DNA of 32,000 bases. Source: an archaeon (GTDB taxonomy: Archaea > Iainarchaeota > Iainarchaeia > Iainarchaeales > CSSED10-239). How positions within the stretch are numbered: position 1 is the first letter of the stretch; each line of letters starts with the position of its first letter. The notes under the pieces are model-generated. The model worked only from the letters and a program-made list of their open reading frames with translations. It ran no database searches and had not been told where the DNA came from. Where the stretch lies: assembly GCA_041677685.1 (NCBI GenBank), contig JBAYPN010000006.1:1-32000 (forward strand). The letters are read 5' to 3'. Shown here piece by piece: positions 27,640-32,000 of this stretch. Made by a program: the position numbers and the translations under genes.

Positions 27640-29703
27640 ATGAAGTTAATAATTTCAGAAAAAGCAATAGCAGGAAAAAAGATTGCAACAATTCTTTCTA
27701 AAAATGATTTTGCAACAACTAATGTTAATGGAGTTTCTGTTTTTGAATTTAAAAAAAATAATGAAACATATTTGTTAATACCTTTGAGAGGACACATTAA
27801 CACAGTTGACTTTGTTGGAGAAGATAGTTATTGGAGTATCTTTACACTTAAGGCTTTGGCTGATAAAAAGTTTGTTTATAAAGAGGTTGAAAAAAAGATA
27901 ATCTCCTTACTTAAAAAAGAAAGAAAAGAATTAACACAAATTATAATTGCAACTGATGCTGATAGAGAGGGAGAAGCAATTGGGCTTGAGGCATACAATT
28001 ATGTTCAACTTAAAAATAAGAAAGCTGATCTTAAAAGAGCATACTTTAGTGCATTGACTGAAAAGGAAGTTACTGATGCTTTTTCTAAACTTAGAAATTT
28101 GGATTTTAATTATGCTCACTCGGTTTTTACAAGACAAGAAATTGATCTTTTGTGGGGTGCAATACTTACTAGATATTTGTCTGTGATTGCAAATAGGAAA
28201 GGTAAAATGTTTCTTTCTGCTGGAAGAGTGCAGACCCCTCTTTTAAATCAAATTGTAGAAAGGGAAATGGAACGAAATAAGTTTGTGCCTGAAAAGTATA
28301 GAGTTATTAATATTATTTTTAAAAAAACTAAAATTAGATTTGAAGGAACACACAAACTTGGAAAGATGTTTGATATTAATAAAGCTGATCTGATCTACCA
28401 AAAAATAAAAGATGAAAAGACAGGTGTTGTAAAAAGTATAACAAAAACTCAAAAGATCTTAAAAAGACCTGATCCTTTTAACACCACTAGTTTTCTAAGA
28501 GCAGCAAGTGCTATTGGCTTTGGAACTAGTAAGGCAATGTCAACTGCTGAAAATTTATATCAACAAGGTTTTATTAGTTACCCTAGAACAGACAACACTG
28601 GGTATCCTCCAAGCTTAGACTTTAAAGGTATCTTAAACAAATTGCTTGGTTTTAAAGAACTTGAAAAAGATATTTTACAAATATTAAAAAAACCAATCAA
28701 TCCTTCAAGAGGTAAAAAAATAACTACTGATCATCCACCAATACACCCTGTTGAATTTACACAACAATTGAAAGGGGATAATAAAAAAATTTATGAATTG
28801 ATTGTTAGAAGGTTTTTGGCAACATTATCAATTGATGCAGTTACTGAGAATCTAAGTGTTTTAATTGATGTTAAAAAAGAACCGTTTATTGTAAATGGAC
28901 AAATAATTATTGAACCTGGTTGGAAAAAAATATACTATTATTCTAAACTAAATGAAGTTATTTTGCCTCACTTGGAAAAAGAGGAAATAATTTCTATAGT
29001 TGATAAGAAACTAGAAAAGAAAGAAACAACGCCTCCTCCTAGGTTTACAGAAGGAGCTTTGATTAAGTTGATGGAAGACCTTAATCTTGGTACAAAATCT
29101 ACAAGACCTGCAATTATCCAGAAATTAAGAAATAGAGATTATATTCAGGGTGGAAAGTCAGTTGAGCCAACAAAAATTGCAATCTCTGTTTGTAGTGTTT
29201 TAAATAAAAATGCAGACATTATTACCCAACCTAAATTAACAGCAGACACTGAAGAGGAAATGGAACTTGTTGCAACTGGAAAAAAAGAAAAAGACGAAGT
29301 TGTAAATAACACAAGAAAAAAACTTCATGAAATTATTGACCTTTTACTTAAAGAAAAAGATGATATTGCAAAAGAACTTAGAGGTGGAATAATCGAATCT
29401 AATTATATTGCAGTGTGCCCAAAATGTGGAAAAAAATTAATAATTAGGTATGGAAAAACTGGAAAACAATTTGTTGGATGCTTAGGCTTTCCTTCTTGTA
29501 GAAATACTTATCCTTTACCACAAAGAAGAAATATTAGTGCAACAGACAAGTTTTGTGAAGAATGTAAAGAACCAATTGTAAATGTGTCTGGCGGAAGAAG
29601 TGCTGACTTTGAAATGTGTTTAAATCCTAATTGTAAAACTAAAGAAGAATATTTGAAAAAAATTGAAGAAAAAAAACAAGAAAAAGAATCTGTGGAAAAT
29701 TAA
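27640..29703 (+). CDS. topA: DNA topoisomerase, type IA (archaeal TopA / topo III-like)
   Basis: Toprim MKLIISEK...IIATDADREGEAIG, active-site Tyr context ISYPRTDN, and C-terminal zinc ribbons (CPKCGKK...GCLGFPSC; CEECKEP...CLNPNC). Confidence 0.9.
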   Translation: MKLIISEKAIAGKKIATILSKNDFATTNVNGVSVFEFKKNNETYLLIPLRGHINTVDFVGEDSYWSIFTLKALADKKFVYKEVEKKIISLLKKERKELTQIIIATDADREGEAIGLEAYNYVQLKNKKADLKRAYFSALTEKEVTDAFSKLRNLDFNYAHSVFTRQEIDLLWGAILTRYLSVIANRKGKMFLSAGRVQTPLLNQIVEREMERNKFVPEKYRVINIIFKKTKIRFEGTHKLGKMFDINKADLIYQKIKDEKTGVVKSITKTQKILKRPDPFNTTSFLRAASAIGFGTSKAMSTAENLYQQGFISYPRTDNTGYPPSLDFKGILNKLLGFKELEKDILQILKKPINPSRGKKITTDHPPIHPVEFTQQLKGDNKKIYELIVRRFLATLSIDAVTENLSVLIDVKKEPFIVNGQIIIEPGWKKIYYYSKLNEVILPHLEKEEIISIVDKKLEKKETTPPPRFTEGALIKLMEDLNLGTKSTRPAIIQKLRNRDYIQGGKSVEPTKIAISVCSVLNKNADIITQPKLTADTEEEMELVATGKKEKDEVVNNTRKKLHEIIDLLLKEKDDIAKELRGGIIESNYIAVCPKCGKKLIIRYGKTGKQFVGCLGFPSCRNTYPLPQRRNISATDKFCEECKEPIVNVSGGRSADFEMCLNPNCKTKEEYLKKIEEKKQEKESVEN

Positions 29704-29852
29704 AAAAGCACAGTGAGATCTATGAAAAAATAATTTAATTATATAAAAATAAAAACAAATATAAAACTTCTTACAAAAGCCTTTTAAAATTTTTCTAACA
29801 CCTAATTTATATACACAAATATTATGATTATGAAACATAAGATGTGAAAAGC

Positions 29853-32000
29853 ATGATTGAAAAAATAATCTTAACTGTAAAAGAAACAGACTTTTCAGAG
29901 GTTGGGAAAGGTAAGGCAAAAATTGATCCTCTTGTTTTTGATAAAATGAAACTATCTATTGGAGATGTTATTTTAATTGAGGGGAATAATAAAAAAGCCT
30001 TAGCTTACGCAACTAGAGGGAGTGAGAAGGAAGCTGGATTAAATATTATTAAAATTGATGGTGTTATTAGATATAATGCTGGAGCAACAATTGATGAAGA
30101 TGTTTTTGTTGAAAAAACAAATATTCAAAATGCACAAACAATTAACCTTTCTCCAATCATTGATAAAGATAAAAAAATTAATCTTACAAATGATATTGAA
30201 AGTATGATTAAAGACAAACTATTAAATTTAAATGTTATTGAAAAAAATATTGTAAAAATCCCTGGACTTCCTATACTTACTGTGGATGGGTATAGAGACC
30301 TGCAATTGATAATTACAAAAACAATTCCGAAAGGAGCTGTAAGAATTTCAGAAAACACAAAATTTAATATTTCTGAAAAATCAGAAACAACAAAAACCCC
30401 AAACATCACTTATGATGATATTGGTGGCCTTAAAAAAGAAATTGAAGCAATCAGAGAAATGGTAGAGTTACCTATTAGAAGACCTGAGATTTTTAAAAAG
30501 TTAGGAATCTCTCCACCTAAAGGTGTTTTACTTTATGGACCACCTGGAACTGGAAAGACTCTACTTGCAAAAGCAGTAGCATCAGAGACAGATGCTAACT
30601 TTACAATCATTAATGGTCCTGAAATAATTGGGAGTGCTTATGGTCAATCAGAAGCAAATTTGAGAAAAATATTTGAAGATGCAGAAAAATCAGCACCCTC
30701 AATAATCTTTATTGATGAGATTGATGCTATTGCTCCAAAAAGAGAAAATATACATGGAGAAACAGAAAAAAGAATTGTTGCACAACTATTAACACTTATG
30801 GATGGACTGACTGCTAGAGGACAAGTTGTTGTTATTGCTGCAACAAACATCCCTGATGTTATTGATCCTGCTCTTAGAAGACCAGGAAGATTTGATAGAG
30901 AACTAGAGATTAGTGTGCCTGATAAAGTTTCAAGAAAAGAAATATTGCAAGTTCATCTTAGAGGTATGCCTTTAGAAAAAGATATAAATGTAGATAATAT
31001 TGTTGAACTTATAAATGGTTTCTCAGGAGCAGACATTAATGCACTTGTTAAAGAAGCTGCACTTAAAGCAATTAAAAGGCTTATGCCAAAAATAAATAAA
31101 GAAACTAATAAATATTTGTCTAAAGAAATTTTAGATCAATTGATTATTAAAAAACAGGATTTGTTGGACGCACTAAATGTTGTAGAACCATCAGCACTTA
31201 GAGAAGTACAAATACAAGTGCCTAACGTTAAGTGGGAAGACATTGGTGGCTTAGATGAACAAAAACAAACCTTAAAAGAATTAATTGAATGGCCTATAAA
31301 ATATAAAACGAAATTTGAAGAAATTGGAATTGATACTCCTTCTGGAGTTTTACTTTATGGACCTCCAGGAACAGGAAAGACATTAATTGCTAAAGCCATT
31401 GCTACAGAATCAAATGCAAACTTTATATCTGTAAAAGGTCCTGAGATCTTTAATAAATGGGTTGGAGAATCTGAAAAAAAGATTAGGGATTTGTTTAAAA
31501 AAGCAAGACAAGTTGCACCCTCAATAATTTTTTTTGATGAGATTGATTCTATAACAAGATCAAGAACTGCAAATGACACTAATGATGTTTCAAATAAAGT
31601 TGTTGCTCAGATATTGACAGAGATGGATGGAATTTCACAACTTAAGGATATAATCGTTATTGGAGCAACAAACAGAATTGATATGATTGATCCTGCATTT
31701 TTAAGACCAGGAAGATTTGATGTTAAGTTAGAAATACCTTTACCAAAATTAGAAACACGTGAAAAAATATTTGAAGTGTATATTAAAAAAATGAATGTTG
31801 ACAAGAAAATTAAAATAAAAGAACTTGCAAAAAAAACAGATGGAGCTTCAGGTGCTGATATTGAGGCTATTTGTAGAGAAGCTGGGATGTTTGCAATTAG
31901 AGAAAATATTGTTTCTAAAGAAAAATTAATAATTACTAGTAAACATTTTGAAAAGGCAATTGAAAGAATTATGAGAATTTCGGAAAGTAAAAGAAAAGAA
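29853..32000 (+). CDS. cdc48: CDC48/VCP-like AAA+ ATPase (3' end runs off the window)
   Basis: Frame open from ATG 29853 to the window end (716 codons, no stop, so absent from the ORF track). My translation shows an N-domain (...[17 protein letters not shown]...) and two AAA modules. D1 has [15 protein letters not shown] with IIFIDEID; D2 has [15 protein letters not shown] with IIFFDEID. Confidence 0.92.
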   Translation, partial: MIEKIILTVKETDFSEVGKGKAKIDPLVFDKMKLSIGDVILIEGNNKKALAYATRGSEKEAGLNIIKIDGVIRYNAGATIDEDVFVEKTNIQNAQTINLSPIIDKDKKINLTNDIESMIKDKLLNLNVIEKNIVKIPGLPILTVDGYRDLQLIITKTIPKGAVRISENTKFNISEKSETTKTPNITYDDIGGLKKEIEAIREMVELPIRRPEIFKKLGISPPKGVLLYGPPGTGKTLLAKAVASETDANFTIINGPEIIGSAYGQSEANLRKIFEDAEKSAPSIIFIDEIDAIAPKRENIHGETEKRIVAQLLTLMDGLTARGQVVVIAATNIPDVIDPALRRPGRFDRELEISVPDKVSRKEILQVHLRGMPLEKDINVDNIVELINGFSGADINALVKEAALKAIKRLMPKINKETNKYLSKEILDQLIIKKQDLLDALNVVEPSALREVQIQVPNVKWEDIGGLDEQKQTLKELIEWPIKYKTKFEEIGIDTPSGVLLYGPPGTGKTLIAKAIATESNANFISVKGPEIFNKWVGESEKKIRDLFKKARQVAPSIIFFDEIDSITRSRTANDTNDVSNKVVAQILTEMDGISQLKDIIVIGATNRIDMIDPAFLRPGRFDVKLEIPLPKLETREKIFEVYIKKMNVDKKIKIKELAKKTDGASGADIEAICREAGMFAIRENIVSKEKLIITSKHFEKAIERIMRISESKRKE

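Noticed and set aside
29620-31804. Several minus-strand ORFs (29620-29919, 30125-30409, 30644-30850, 31355-31579, 31607-31804)
   Set aside because: They are antisense to topA and to the uninterrupted plus-strand Cdc48 frame, which carries two complete AAA modules.

Overview
Strongly AT-rich, gene-dense chromosomal segment of about 33 CDS with short spacers and several 4-nt ATGA overlaps. It reads as archaeal, probably a small-genome DPANN-like lineage; that lineage call is inference from composition and gene content only. Archaeal-type genes: RFC small subunit, Cdc48/VCP (3' end off-window), RtcB, an EndoQ-like PHP nuclease, a type IA topoisomerase, an archaeal-type MiaB-like methylthiotransferase, an Lrp/AsnC regulator, PRPP synthetase, a JAMM/MPN protein and an S-layer-like secreted protein (runs off the window start). 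A bacterial-type grpE-dnaK-dnaJ operon is also present. The most interesting region is a minus-strand block at about 13.4-23.5 kb. It is an Epd/Tad-like type IV pilus locus with a secretion ATPase, two single-domain T2SSF platform genes, six ORFs with class III (prepilin) signal peptides and an enlarged A24 prepilin peptidase. The peptidase sub-operon continues without a break into three membrane genes not known as pilus components: a TM protein with a beta-rich tail, a TM-anchored OB-fold protein and a TctA/DUF112-like permease. A 27-bp tandem repeat array sits in the pilin upstream region. I found no rRNA, tRNA, CRISPR array, transposase or integrase. Product calls come from motifs read in the supplied or hand-made translations; no database search was run.
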